Position numbers and translations under genes: made by a program
Shown: positions 48,940 through 59,355 of the stretch, in pieces
Numbering within the stretch: position 1 is the stretch's first letter
How the letters are laid out: every line of letters begins with the position of its first letter
Notes under the pieces: model-generated
Databases searched by the model: none
What the model saw: the letters and a program-made list of their open reading frames with translations, nothing else
What the model was told of the DNA's origin: nothing
Assembly (NCBI GenBank): GCA_963677595.1
Contig: OY782041.1
Location: 2,816,001-2,880,000, forward strand
Direction of reading: 5' to 3'
Length of the DNA stretch: 64,000 nucleotides
Source of the DNA: Spirochaetia bacterium
GTDB taxonomy: Bacteria; Spirochaetota; Spirochaetia; CAKZLE01

Positions 48940-49522
48940 GTTCTGTGGTGTGTACTACGATCCCTTGCGTGAAGAGTTCCACGATCTCGGCGGTATCGAC
49001 TACTCCTGGGAGCTCCCTGAAGATCAGGGAGCGCTGGAATGAGCCGTGGACCAGGCTCAGGAAGTAGAAGGCTGCCCGATCGGGACTCATGCAGAGTGTG
49101 ACTGTCGTGGAGGATTCGAATCTCCTGAAGAGGTCTGCCAGGTACCGGTAGGCTCCAGGTCCCATCCCTTCCGCATAATAAGCACGTTCTTCCGGGTTGA
49201 CCACGCTGCGGTAGAAGATCTTCATGAGGTAGGGGTTGTCCCGGTAGAGGTCCCCGTAGAGGTCCGCGATCTCCTTCAGCAGAACTGAGATCCCCTGTCC
49301 CAGGTCACTGCCCTCGATCACCCTGATGATGTTCCCCAGGCCGTCGCTGAGGGAGAGGATCTCCCTGAAGAGGGTATCCTTGCTCTCGAAGGTCCTGAAG
49401 AGGGTCGACTCATTCACCCCTGCGGCTTCGGCGATCTTCCTCGTCGTGGTACCGCGGTATCCCTCTTCCGAGAAGAGCCGTACCGCGGCCTGCATGATCT
49501 TCTCCCGTGTCTCCTGCGACAT
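48914..49522 (-). CDS. TetR/AcrR-family regulator
   Basis: GTTTRKIAEAAGVNESTLFRTFESK; ATG 49522 with GGAGG. Confidence 0.9.
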   Translation of the reverse strand: MSQETREKIMQAAVRLFSEEGYRGTTTRKIAEAAGVNESTLFRTFESKDTLFREILSLSDGLGNIIRVIEGSDLGQGISVLLKEIADLYGDLYRDNPYLMKIFYRSVVNPEERAYYAEGMGPGAYRYLADLFRRFESSTTVTLCMSPDRAAFYFLSLVHGSFQRSLIFRELPGVVDTAEIVELFTQGIVVHTTEHGGTQHGA

Positions 49523-49539
49523 GAAGCTGCCTCCTACCA

Positions 49540-49596
49540 TATGCATGCAAGTACTTGCTTGCATACCCAGTATACTGAAATACAGGGAGGAGTCAA
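49540..49596 (-). promoter_or_regulatory. TetR operator and promoter
   Basis: 26-bp palindrome tatgcatgcaagtacttgcttgcata (49540-49565, one mismatch); TTGACT-16-TATACT. Confidence 0.75.
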
Positions 49597-49611
49597 TACG
49601 GGAGAAAGCCG

Positions 49612-50820
49612 TCAGCTGTGGTCTGCGGTAAGGTGATCGGCGAGCAGACTCTCACGGAAGAAGATGAGCATCACGACCCCGCCTGCGAGTCCGGTCGCGG
49701 CGATGAGCGGGGGTGCCGCTGAGAGGGCGATAGAATCCGAGATGAGCCCGACGACGAAGGGCCCGACAGCTGTCCCGGTCTCGGTGATGATGCGCCAGAT
49801 CCCGATGAACAACCCGGTGGAGGTGGATGGGGCAAGGTCGGTGCTGAAGATCATGTTGATGCCACTCCCGATCCCGTTGCCGAGGCTGATCAGGAGCGAG
49901 ACAGCCAACAGCCCGGTGAAGGACCCGGCAAGGGGGATCAGCGACAGGCCGACGGCACTGATGAAGATGGTGATGAAGAGGGTGGGCTTGCGGCCGAGCT
50001 TGTCGACAGAGAAACCCGCGGGTATGACCAGGGTGATCTCGAGCAGTGCGGAGATGCTGATGATCAGCCCGAGCTGTGCGATGCCCACCCCGATATGGGC
50101 AGCCCACAGGGGGACGATGAGCAGGCGTGCCGCCCGCAGGAGGGTGAGGGCGAAGATCCCTGTCATCGCCGAGGAGATGTTCCGCCTGTTCCCCGCGATA
50201 TGGTCCCTGACGGCTGTGAAGGACTCCTTAGAGCCCCGGGGCTGGTGGAAGGATGCGGGGAGCCTGAAGCCGGTGATGAGCAGGAGCAGGGCGGCGAAGA
50301 GCAGGAGCGCCTCCCCGAGGAATATGGAGCTGTAACCGGCTGCTGCGATGAGTGCGCTCCCGATGAGCGGGCCGATGACCCGGGCAGTGCGCAAGATGCC
50401 GCCGAAGCCGGAGAGGACACGGCCGCGTACCTGGAGCGGGACATCCTTCCTGATGTAGGTAAGGCGGCTGAGGATCCATAACGACTGCCCCGCACCGAGG
50501 GCGAGCCCTGCCGCGAGCAGGGTCCCGACCGTGGGGAAGAGCGACCTCAGCAGTGCCGCAGCCCCCATGAGGAGGAAACAGCCGGTGAAGATCCTCAATG
50601 CCGGGTACCGTTCGGTGAGGAACCCGCCGGGCAGGTTGACTGCCATGCTCCCGAGACTCGCTGCCGTGGCGATGAGGCCGACCATGGTCAGCCCCGCCCC
50701 GAGCTCCTGGGCATAGAGCGGGACATAGGAGACCGTCATGGCCGTACCTGTCTGTACGAAGAGGCTGGCGAGGTAGAGGATTATGAGGTTCTTCGAGGAG
50801 CCGCTGATTGTCTGTATCAT
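49612..50820 (-). CDS. MFS transporter
   Basis: About 12 TM; GFSVDKLGRK motif A. Confidence 0.9.
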   Translation of the reverse strand: MIQTISGSSKNLIILYLASLFVQTGTAMTVSYVPLYAQELGAGLTMVGLIATAASLGSMAVNLPGGFLTERYPALRIFTGCFLLMGAAALLRSLFPTVGTLLAAGLALGAGQSLWILSRLTYIRKDVPLQVRGRVLSGFGGILRTARVIGPLIGSALIAAAGYSSIFLGEALLLFAALLLLITGFRLPASFHQPRGSKESFTAVRDHIAGNRRNISSAMTGIFALTLLRAARLLIVPLWAAHIGVGIAQLGLIISISALLEITLVIPAGFSVDKLGRKPTLFITIFISAVGLSLIPLAGSFTGLLAVSLLISLGNGIGSGINMIFSTDLAPSTSTGLFIGIWRIITETGTAVGPFVVGLISDSIALSAAPPLIAATGLAGGVVMLIFFRESLLADHLTADHS

Positions 50821-50876
50821 GATCAGGGAGGATGATAGAGCGGCACAGGGGAAAAGTCAATATAGGAGGGTACAGG

Positions 50877-50908
50877 GCCCGGAGTACCGGGCGCCCGGAG
50901 TACTGGGC
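50877..50908. repeat. Tandem 16-bp self-complementary repeat
   Basis: gcccggagtaccgggc gcccggagtactgggc. Confidence 0.8.
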
Positions 50909-50981
50909 TTTCGATAAATCGGTTCATATTCATGCACATCCTCATCTATCCTGTGGTATACTTGACAGAAGGTAAAAAAGT

Positions 50982-53018
50982 ATGACATCACCACCGAAGT
51001 ACCTGCAGAATATCCTGATCGCCGTGATCCTGCTGCTCCTGGTAGCGGGGCTCTGGTATGCGGAATACACCAGCTACCTCTTCTTCCATAACCTGGTTGA
51101 ATTATTCAGCATCATCATCTCCTTCAGCATCTTCATCCTTGTGCTGAATGCGAGGAAGTGGCTGCAGACCGGTTTCTTCCTCATCCTCGGCTTCTCGATG
51201 CTCCCCGTCTCCGTCCTGGACCTGATCCATATGCTCTCCTACCGCGGGATGCCCTTCTTCCAGGACTTCCCCATCGACCTCACGCTGCAAGTCTGGATAG
51301 CCGCACGCTTCCTCCAGAGCATCTCCCTGCTCGCAGCGATCCTCTTCATGGAGAGATCCGTCAAGCCGGGTCTCCTCCTGTCCTCCTATGCTGCGGTCAC
51401 CCTGGTGTTCCTGCTTGTCATCTTCTCAGGCCTCTTCCCTCCCTGTTTCAACGAGTCTTCCGGCCTTACCGGGTTCAAGGTCATCAGCGAGTACGTGGTG
51501 ATCGCCATCGCGGCGGCTTCCCTGGTGCTGATCTTCAGCCACCGGGAGTACCTCTCCCGGTACGGCTTCTGGCTGATCTTCGCCGCGATCGGGGGCAACA
51601 TCCTCTCCGAGTTCGCCTTCACCCGCTATGCCGACCTCTATGACTTCATGAACAAGGTCGGGCATATCCTCAAGGTCGTCAGTTTCTACTGTTTCTACCT
51701 TGCCATCATCGCACGGGGGCTCATGCACCCCTATGAGGTCCTCTTCGGTGACCTCAAGCGGAAGGAGGCCCAGCTCGAGGAGATGAAGCGGGCCCTCGAA
51801 GTGGACGTGCAGAACAAGTCCAAGGACCTCGATACCACGCTCAGCCGGCTCGTCGATGAGGAGAGCAGGCACCAGAGCACGCAGGATGCGTTCCAGACCC
51901 AGACCGGCCGGCTCTCCCAGCTCCTCTCGATCGGGGCGGTCATGTCCAGTAGCGATGATATAGCGGTGATCAGCCGGTCCATCCTCGCATTCCTCCAGCA
52001 GGGCATGAAGGTGGAAGCCGGTGCCCTCTACCTGATCAACCCCGATACCCCCCGTCCGGTCTTCGTCGCACAGACGGAATCGGGGTATATCCACAATGAC
52101 CGGGAGAACATGGAGATCGACATCACCACAGGCTCCTGGAAGGAAGCCCTCACGAGCGGGGAGCTCATCATCCTTGATGAACTCCAGGATAACCGTGAAC
52201 AGGTGGTCCCTGAGGTCGTCAGGGATGAGGGCTTCGTCAAGTTCATCGGTGTGCCCCTCATCGTCAAGGAGGGGGTGGTAGGACTGCTCAAGACCTTCTA
52301 CCGGACAGACCTGCAGCCTGATGAACGGTGGCTCATGGTCCTGCGTTCTGTCGCGATGCAGGCTGCGATCGCGATCCATACCTCGGAGACCGTGCAGGCC
52401 CTGGAAGATTCCAACAAGGCCCTTGTGGGCACCTATGAGGAGACCCTCAATGCACTGGTCAACGCCCTCGATATTCGGGACAGCATGACCAACGAGCATA
52501 CGAAGCGGGTCGTCGAGAAGACGCTCTGCTTCGCGAAGAGGATGGGGATCACCGCCGATGATCTGGTGAACATCAGGAGGGGGGCCCTCCTCCATGATAT
52601 CGGGAAGATTGCGGTCCCCGACCATATCCTGCGGAAGCCCGGCCCGCTGACCGATGAGGAGTGGGTCATCATGAAGACCCATCCGGCCGTCGCCTACCAG
52701 ATGATCAACCCCGTCTCCTTCCTCCGCCCCGCGATCGACATCCCCTATAGCCACCATGAGAAGTGGGACGGCACCGGCTACCCGCAGGGTTTGCAGGGGG
52801 AGGAGATCCCGATCGCTGCCCGGATGTTCGCCATCATCGATATCTGGGATGCCCTCACCTCGGACCGTCCCTATCGGGAGGCATGGTCCCATGAGCGGAC
52901 GATCGATCACATCAGGGGGCTCTCCGGCACGCACCTCGATCCAGCGCTCACGGACGTCTTCCTCAAGGAGATCGTCGCAGGCTGCATGACCCCCGATCCC
53001 TCCTGTTTCCAGCCCTGA
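50982..53018 (+). CDS. MASE3-GAF-HD-GYP c-di-GMP phosphodiesterase
   Basis: YLFFHNLVELFS membrane sensor, GAF, LHDIGK and HHEKWDGTGYP. Confidence 0.9.
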   Translation: MTSPPKYLQNILIAVILLLLVAGLWYAEYTSYLFFHNLVELFSIIISFSIFILVLNARKWLQTGFFLILGFSMLPVSVLDLIHMLSYRGMPFFQDFPIDLTLQVWIAARFLQSISLLAAILFMERSVKPGLLLSSYAAVTLVFLLVIFSGLFPPCFNESSGLTGFKVISEYVVIAIAAASLVLIFSHREYLSRYGFWLIFAAIGGNILSEFAFTRYADLYDFMNKVGHILKVVSFYCFYLAIIARGLMHPYEVLFGDLKRKEAQLEEMKRALEVDVQNKSKDLDTTLSRLVDEESRHQSTQDAFQTQTGRLSQLLSIGAVMSSSDDIAVISRSILAFLQQGMKVEAGALYLINPDTPRPVFVAQTESGYIHNDRENMEIDITTGSWKEALTSGELIILDELQDNREQVVPEVVRDEGFVKFIGVPLIVKEGVVGLLKTFYRTDLQPDERWLMVLRSVAMQAAIAIHTSETVQALEDSNKALVGTYEETLNALVNALDIRDSMTNEHTKRVVEKTLCFAKRMGITADDLVNIRRGALLHDIGKIAVPDHILRKPGPLTDEEWVIMKTHPAVAYQMINPVSFLRPAIDIPYSHHEKWDGTGYPQGLQGEEIPIAARMFAIIDIWDALTSDRPYREAWSHERTIDHIRGLSGTHLDPALTDVFLKEIVAGCMTPDPSCFQP

Positions 53019-53082
53019 AAGGCCTGATGAGAGCCTTCTGCTTCTTGGCGCAGGCAGGTTAGTGATGCTATACTTCACAGCT

Positions 53083-53565
53083 ATGAATGCACTACTTTAT
53101 ATCGTGACAGCACTGCTGCTTACCCTCTCCTTCATCAAGGACCGGGGTAAGACGAAGAAAGCCCTGAAGAAGGCCTGGAAGTCGTTCGAGAACATCCTGC
53201 CGCAGATCCTCGTGGTGATCATCCTCGTGGGCGTCATGCTCACCCTCCTGGATGAGGAGACGATCCTCAGGGTCATCGGTTCCGATTCCGGGTGGATCGG
53301 TGTCGTCCTTGCCGCGATCGTCGGGGCGATCACCCTGATCCCGGGGTTCGTGGCCTTCCCGACAGCTGCCATGCTCCTCTCCGGCGGTGCGGGCTATATG
53401 CAGATCGCGGCCTTCGTCTCCACCCTCATGATGGTGGGGGTCATGACACTGCCGGTGGAGATCCAGTATTTCGGCAGGCGCCTGTCGGTCTACCGTAACC
53501 TCATGGCCTTCGCCTTCTCCTTCCTGGTCGCCTACGTGATCGGGTTCGTGGAGGCCCTTGTATGA
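53083..53565 (+). CDS. DUF318/ArsP-like permease, first half
   Basis: GAITLIPGFVAFP and EIQYFG. Confidence 0.8.
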   Translation: MNALLYIVTALLLTLSFIKDRGKTKKALKKAWKSFENILPQILVVIILVGVMLTLLDEETILRVIGSDSGWIGVVLAAIVGAITLIPGFVAFPTAAMLLSGGAGYMQIAAFVSTLMMVGVMTLPVEIQYFGRRLSVYRNLMAFAFSFLVAYVIGFVEALV

Positions 53566-54095
53566 AGACGATCGTGAAGAAATACCGGAACCTGCTCATT
53601 GCCCTCGTGGTATTGGCTGGTATCTCAGTCTTCAACCTGGCTTTCGGCAAGTCGGTGGTGAACCTCGCCGCGGCCCAGTTGAAGGAGATGCTGCTGATCA
53701 TCCCCCCGATCTTCATCCTGCTCGGACTGCTCGATGTATGGGTGCCCCGTGAGACCATGACCAGGTACATGGGAGAGCACTCCGGGCTGAAGGGCGTCGT
53801 GCTCTCGTTCCTGATCGGCTCAGCGGCTGCGGGTCCCCTCTACGGGGCCTTCCCCGTGGCGGCGGTCTTTATGAGGAAGGGAGTCAAGTTCACGAACATC
53901 CTCATCTTCATCGGTGCATGGTCGACCACGAAGGTCCCGATGTTCCTCTTCGAACTCTCCTCGCTCGGGGCGCGCTTTGCCCTGACGAGGCTGCTAATCG
54001 ACATCCCGGGGATCATCATCATCGCGCACCTGCTTTCCCGGATCGTCTCGAAGGAAGAGATCAGCCGTCTCTATGAGAAGGCAGAGAAGCTCTAG
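53562..54095 (+). CDS. DUF318/ArsP-like permease, second half
   Basis: AAGPLYGAFP and GAWSTTKVPM; ATGA-coupled. Confidence 0.8.
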   Translation: MKTIVKKYRNLLIALVVLAGISVFNLAFGKSVVNLAAAQLKEMLLIIPPIFILLGLLDVWVPRETMTRYMGEHSGLKGVVLSFLIGSAAAGPLYGAFPVAAVFMRKGVKFTNILIFIGAWSTTKVPMFLFELSSLGARFALTRLLIDIPGIIIIAHLLSRIVSKEEISRLYEKAEKL

Positions 54096-54219
54096 CAATC
54101 ATACCTGCCCGATTGTTACCAGTTCGCACAGCTGTATGGTCATCAGTGCCGGGGGGGAGCTGAAGCATCTGTCCTGTCGTGGGGATGCAGTTGGAATAGT
54201 CCAGCATCATCCTGCGATC

Positions 54220-55941
54220 CTACCCGACAGACAGGCCATGCCCTTGCCTCCGCCCTTTGAGCTCGTCCCTCACCAGCTTCGGGACGTCATCCCGCAGTTG
54301 TGAAGGCTTGACCACCTCAAAGATGTAGAACAGTTTCTGTACTTCAAGAGGCAGGTCGTCCCAGGAGCCTTCTGCGGGTACCTTCCCTGCCGGCTTTTTC
54401 AGCTTCGCATCGAAGACCTCATCTCGAAGGTCCTGAAACGTATACTGGTCATACAGGAGATATTCGTGCATGATTCGTCTGATGTGCAGCTCGAGTATCG
54501 TGGTCAGGAATGCAAGAAAGACCTTCCCTTCAAGATGCTCGTCGAGACTGTGGTTCGGTCTGTGCATCCTCGCCCTGTACCCCTCGTAAGCCTTCTCGAT
54601 GCGGTCCCTGCCGCGGGTCAGCTTCAGTACCTGCTCAGGTGAGAGCCCTGCAGGCCCGAGGTATCCTGAGAACCCACATGCGGTCATCCGTCTCCGCTGT
54701 GCCTCGTTGTTATGGGAGACAGAGATGATGTTCCCCTCACTGTCCTGTTCCACCGTATAATAGGTCCCATAGAATCCTGTCCCACTGTACAGACTCCCGT
54801 GCTCTTCCAGGTCAGCCTTGCCTCGGGCGAACCTCTCAGCTAACTGCTGCTGCTCTTCTGCCTGTCTGTCGGGGTGCAGGAACAGGTAGACAGAAAGGTC
54901 CCGGGAACCTGTTCCACGTACACTCGGAGTCTCGTTGGTGACCATCCTGGTATAGCAGTACATCCTGATCGCTGCATGGTAGTTCTCGGTATCAAAGATC
55001 ACCCCATGTGCTTCTTGAACGGCATCTTTGAACATCTTGGCAGCAGGCGGCAAGCCGGCCAGGAACCGGAGGTCCCCATCCTTTAGCAGCTGAATGGTAT
55101 CAAGGGAGTGGAACTCCCTGTCCAGTATCAGCGTGGTCCCCGCCTTGAACTCTTTCACATAGGGTCCGTTCAAGACGTTCCTGACTGAACAGTTCTCTAA
55201 CAGCGGCTGGTAATAGAGGGGAATACCGGTTAGCTTGTCGCAGATCATCAGGAGGTCGATCTGCGCATGGTCTGATCCCTCGTTATTCCTGCCATATTTC
55301 GCAGCTTCGAGCAGGGCTGAATACGTCGAGATCCTCCTCGTATCCAGGGGGTACACTACGATCTCCCCGGCAGTGCTCGCCCCCTGACGTGCATACAACC
55401 GCTCCTGATAATAACCGAAGAACCGTTCGATGGAAGCGGAGTCCACTGCGTCAAGGGCTTTCGCGATCCCATCCTCTGCAGGCGGGTCGACTAACGTATG
55501 CAGACAGACGTCATGGAAGTGTTTGGGACGGTACAGGTCACGGTCAGGGTAACTCATCATCGCTTCTACACAGGTGAGCAATTGTTTCCAGTCATTGGGG
55601 AAGACCCGCTTCAGAGCATCCCAGACGCCTGTCTTCTTTGCGGTGGTCTCGAGGAGTGCGACGAAACCATACATCTTGTATTCATGGGCATCGGTATCTC
55701 CCCGGGTGAAGAGCGCATAGCAGGGATCATCGACGAGACCGGTCTCCAGCTGCTCCTCAGGGGGAAGGGCGAGAAAGTTCTTGTTCGGTTCGAACGCTCC
55801 TGCTGCATTGATCCTGCCTATGCCTATCTTCGATACGACGGGATAGGGCTTGCCGGGGACATAGGTCGAGTGTCCCCAATAGAGGTATGTAATGCCGGAT
55901 TTCTTGTTCTTCTGCTTGATTACAACGTTTTTCCTATTCAT
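54220..55941 (-). mobile_element. IS1634-like DDE transposase, divergent, no terminal repeats seen
   Basis: KNKKSGITY N-terminus; LDTRRISTYS, LDREFHS, RDRIEKAY and LEGKVFLAF. Confidence 0.75.
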
Positions 55942-56148
55942 ATATGCATGGAAATTATGCCTATACCTTCACGGGTCTGTCAAGCCGGCATCTGCCGTGA
56001 ACCGGTCTGCCTTCCCTGTTTGTACGACCCATGAGCGGTTGAGTTGAAATAGGAGCGCCCTCCGGAAACATTCCTGTTGATACCATACCCCAGGTGCGTT
56101 ATCATAGAGGAATTAAAACATATTCATACACGGTAACTGGAGAATACG

Positions 56149-57297
56149 ATGTCTGTGCTCAACGACCTTCTCTATATGCACATCTACAACCAGGCGATAG
56201 TCGCCGTCGTCATGGTCGCCCTCTACCTGAACCGCAACACCCGCGTCCAGGGTGCAGGATACTGGGTAGCCAACCTCCTCCTCTACAGTGTGAGCCTCGT
56301 GTTCAACCTCCGGTACCAGCAGACGGGCGTGCTGTCCATGGCGCTCCTCTATTATGCCAGTCAGGTCGTCCAGATGATGCTCTTCATCCTCGGGTTCAGG
56401 GCCTTCCTCCGCCTGCGGATCAGGTGGGCTTGGGTCCTCGGGGTCATTGCGGCGATGCTCCTCCTGCTGTGCATCGTCTTCTTCATCGACCACCGCAAGC
56501 TGCAGCTCCTCTTCGCCGTCTACTGCCTCGGGATGGGTCTCTGGTACCTCCTGGTCTTCTCGAAGGGTATTCGCCAATCCCTGTGGGTGAACCATCTCTT
56601 CAAGCTGCTCTTCTTCCTCTACTGCCTGCTCGACGGGGTATTCCTGTTCAATATCATCACCTTCATCACGGGGGTGCATGTGCTCCTGAACCATATGGTG
56701 CGCGGCTCTGCCATCGCCATCCTCACGGTGGTGAACTATGTCCTCATCCTCCTGGTCAATAACGAGCTGCTCTTTCGGAGGATCAACGAAGGCCTCAGGC
56801 GGGAGAGGGAGATGAAGGTCCTGAAGGTGCTCTCCGAGACCGACAGCCTGACCGGCCTCTTTAACCGGAGGTCGATGGAGGAGCACCTGGCGATACTGCT
56901 CGATGAGGCGGAGAGGGGCGGGGAGCCCCTTGCGCTCTTCATCCTCGATATCGATGAGTTCAAGAAGATCAACGATACCTATGGCCATGATGCCGGGGAC
57001 AGGGTCCTCAAGGCGTACGCAGCCTCGCTGAGGAATTGCATGCGTGAGGATGATACTGCAGCACGCTGGGGTGGTGATGAGTTCATGGTGATCAGCAGGG
57101 GGACTGACAGCCGTTCCGCTGGTTCGATCCATGAGCGTCTCATCCAGCCTGTGCAGGTGGAAGGGATCGTGGAAGCTCCCCTGCAGGTGAGCCTCAGCTG
57201 CGGGTACGCGCTATTCGTGACCGGTGATACCGTCACTACCATCACGAAACGTGCCGACCTCATGCTGTATGAGCAGAAGGGGGGAGGAAGGGGTTGA
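56149..57297 (+). CDS. Membrane-anchored GGDEF diguanylate cyclase
   Basis: About 7 TM; DIDEFK, I-site REDD and GGDEF. Confidence 0.9.
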   Translation: MSVLNDLLYMHIYNQAIVAVVMVALYLNRNTRVQGAGYWVANLLLYSVSLVFNLRYQQTGVLSMALLYYASQVVQMMLFILGFRAFLRLRIRWAWVLGVIAAMLLLLCIVFFIDHRKLQLLFAVYCLGMGLWYLLVFSKGIRQSLWVNHLFKLLFFLYCLLDGVFLFNIITFITGVHVLLNHMVRGSAIAILTVVNYVLILLVNNELLFRRINEGLRREREMKVLKVLSETDSLTGLFNRRSMEEHLAILLDEAERGGEPLALFILDIDEFKKINDTYGHDAGDRVLKAYAASLRNCMREDDTAARWGGDEFMVISRGTDSRSAGSIHERLIQPVQVEGIVEAPLQVSLSCGYALFVTGDTVTTITKRADLMLYEQKGGGRG

Positions 57298-57318
57298 GCC
57301 TCCCTGTATAAAGAAGGA

Positions 57319-57346
57319 CCGCTCCCCGCGGGAAGCGGGGGAGCGG
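57319..57346. terminator. GC-rich hairpin between convergent genes
   Basis: ccgctccccgc-gggaa-gcgggggagcgg. Confidence 0.6.
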
Positions 57347-57377
57347 CCAGGTTCGGAGGCTGCCGGGGCTTACCCTG

Positions 57378-58670
57378 TCAGTGGACGAGTACCGTACACA
57401 TCTCGGGGAACATGAGCACGAGGATCAGGACCGCATAGTTGATGAGCAGGAAGGGGACCGTCTCCTTCATGATCTGCCCGAAACTGACATTGCAGAGTTT
57501 AGCCGCCATGAATATTGCCACGCAGAACGGGGGGGTTACCGCGCCGAACTCCAGGACCAGCAGTACGACTGCCGCGAAGAAGATGGGGTCGATCCCATAG
57601 GTCTGCAGCATGGGGGTGAGCAGCGGGATGAACAGCAGTGTCGCCACCGTCGCATCCACGATCATCCCGCAGATAGTGAACAGTATGACGACAGCCAGCT
57701 TGAACTGCCAGGGTTCCGTGAGGTTCGTCAGGAAGAAGTTCTGTACCATACCGGAGATCTGTGCGAAGGAGAGTGCCCGTCCTGCCGCTATGGCGAAGGC
57801 CATGATCAGCATGATGCTGCCGACGACCCCGACTGCGGAGGAGGCGATCTTCATGAACGAGCCCTGCACGGATTCGGGGTTCTTCTTCTTCTTGATGAAG
57901 TAGTAGACTGCCCCGTAGATCGCTGCGATAGCACCGGCCTCGGTCGGGGTGAAGACCCCGCCGTAGATCCCGCCGAAGATGATCACGGGCATCAGCAGGG
58001 CCCATACGGCATTCTTCGTGCTCTTCCCGATCTCTTTGGCATAGGGGACGAACTGGAACTTCTCGGCGATCTTCGTCTCGACCTTGCGTCGTACGAGGTA
58101 GTTGTAGACGCTGTAGCAGAAGACGATGATGATCGCGGGGATGACTGTCGAGAGCCATACATCCGAGATACTCAGCCCTGTCACCATCGCATAGATGATA
58201 CCTACCGAACTCGGCGGGATGAGCTGCCCGAGCATGCCTGAGTTTGCGACCAGGGCACCAGAATAGGCTCGCGAGTACCCCCGCTTCTCCATCTCCGGGA
58301 ATACGATCTGCCCGATCGCTGCGACGGTCGCCACGAGGGATCCGGTCAGCGTGCCGAAGAGCGCACAGGTCGCGACTCCGACTGCCCCGGTACTTGCCCG
58401 GAACCGGCCGACGAAGGCATTGATAAAGTTGAACAGCTTCTCTGACAGGTTCGAGTACTGCATGATGAAGCCGGCGAACACGAAGAAGGGCATGGCCAGC
58501 AGGTCGAACACATCGAGGCTGGCATAGGCGCTGGAAGCCAGGTTGGTCAGCGCGAACCCGTGGGTGACGAAGGTGACGGTCGCCGCTATGCCGAGTGAGT
58601 ATGCCAACGGGAATTCAAGGAGGATCGCGAGCCCCAGAAAGATAATCATAAACAGTAAGAAAGCATTCAT
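57378..58670 (-). CDS. dctM: TRAP large permease
   Basis: LAMPFF, LIPPS, FTPTEAG and TPPF. Confidence 0.93.
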   Translation of the reverse strand: MNAFLLFMIIFLGLAILLEFPLAYSLGIAATVTFVTHGFALTNLASSAYASLDVFDLLAMPFFVFAGFIMQYSNLSEKLFNFINAFVGRFRASTGAVGVATCALFGTLTGSLVATVAAIGQIVFPEMEKRGYSRAYSGALVANSGMLGQLIPPSSVGIIYAMVTGLSISDVWLSTVIPAIIIVFCYSVYNYLVRRKVETKIAEKFQFVPYAKEIGKSTKNAVWALLMPVIIFGGIYGGVFTPTEAGAIAAIYGAVYYFIKKKKNPESVQGSFMKIASSAVGVVGSIMLIMAFAIAAGRALSFAQISGMVQNFFLTNLTEPWQFKLAVVILFTICGMIVDATVATLLFIPLLTPMLQTYGIDPIFFAAVVLLVLEFGAVTPPFCVAIFMAAKLCNVSFGQIMKETVPFLLINYAVLILVLMFPEMCTVLVH

Positions 58671-58672
58671 CG

Positions 58673-59239
58673 TTACATCTCCTCGACTTCTGAAGCAGGG
58701 TTGCTCTTGTATTCTTTATGGATGATCTGCCCGATCATGATGAAGACCTTCAGGAATGAATGGATGACCATCAAGACGCTTGCTATGACGATCGAAACCA
58801 TGGGGATCCAGTTCGGCACCTGCAGTGCCGGGGATACGTCATGCATCGGTATGACCAGTTTTGTCAGGTAGGTGAGGAAGTTCCTCAGGAAGAACAGCAT
58901 GAACAGGCCGATGATCAGCTGTGTGGTCAGTTCCACCAGGGTCAGGATGAGTTCCGAGTGCTTCGAGAATCTCTTCACCAGGCCGCTGACGGCATTGATC
59001 CTCAGGTGGTCATTATGGTAGGTGCAGTATGAGGCGCCGATCCAGCCGAGTGCCACCAGGACGAATCTCGCGATCTCATCCGACCACGGCACAGAGATGT
59101 GGATCACGTACCGGCAGGAGATGAAGATCATCGTGGTGATCACCAGTGCGAGCATGACGATCACGCTGAAGAGGCGCTCGATGTTCCCAAGGGAATCGTT
59201 GACCGTTTCAGCGAAAAGAAAAGCTTTGTTTTTTTTCAT
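58673..59239 (-). CDS. dctQ: TRAP small permease
   Basis: RY...WSDEIAR and HLRI; 4 TM. Confidence 0.88.
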   Translation of the reverse strand: MKKNKAFLFAETVNDSLGNIERLFSVIVMLALVITTMIFISCRYVIHISVPWSDEIARFVLVALGWIGASYCTYHNDHLRINAVSGLVKRFSKHSELILTLVELTTQLIIGLFMLFFLRNFLTYLTKLVIPMHDVSPALQVPNWIPMVSIVIASVLMVIHSFLKVFIMIGQIIHKEYKSNPASEVEEM

Positions 59240-59355
59240 AGATTAATCCCTTCGTCCGCTTTATAAGAAGATCAGCCAGACAGGGCATACGGGGCTATGC
59301 CCCGCAGCCTGTCCGGCTAGTATCCTCAATCAGTGGAGTCCAAACAGTAAGGTGT

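Noticed and set aside
54096-54219. Searched for IS ends or a third displaced gene tail after the permease
   Set aside because: No inverted or direct repeat matching the other flank was found by eye.
59274-59320. Hairpin between dctP and dctQ
   Set aside because: Ordinary stabiliser after a binding-protein gene, like those after livK and phoA.
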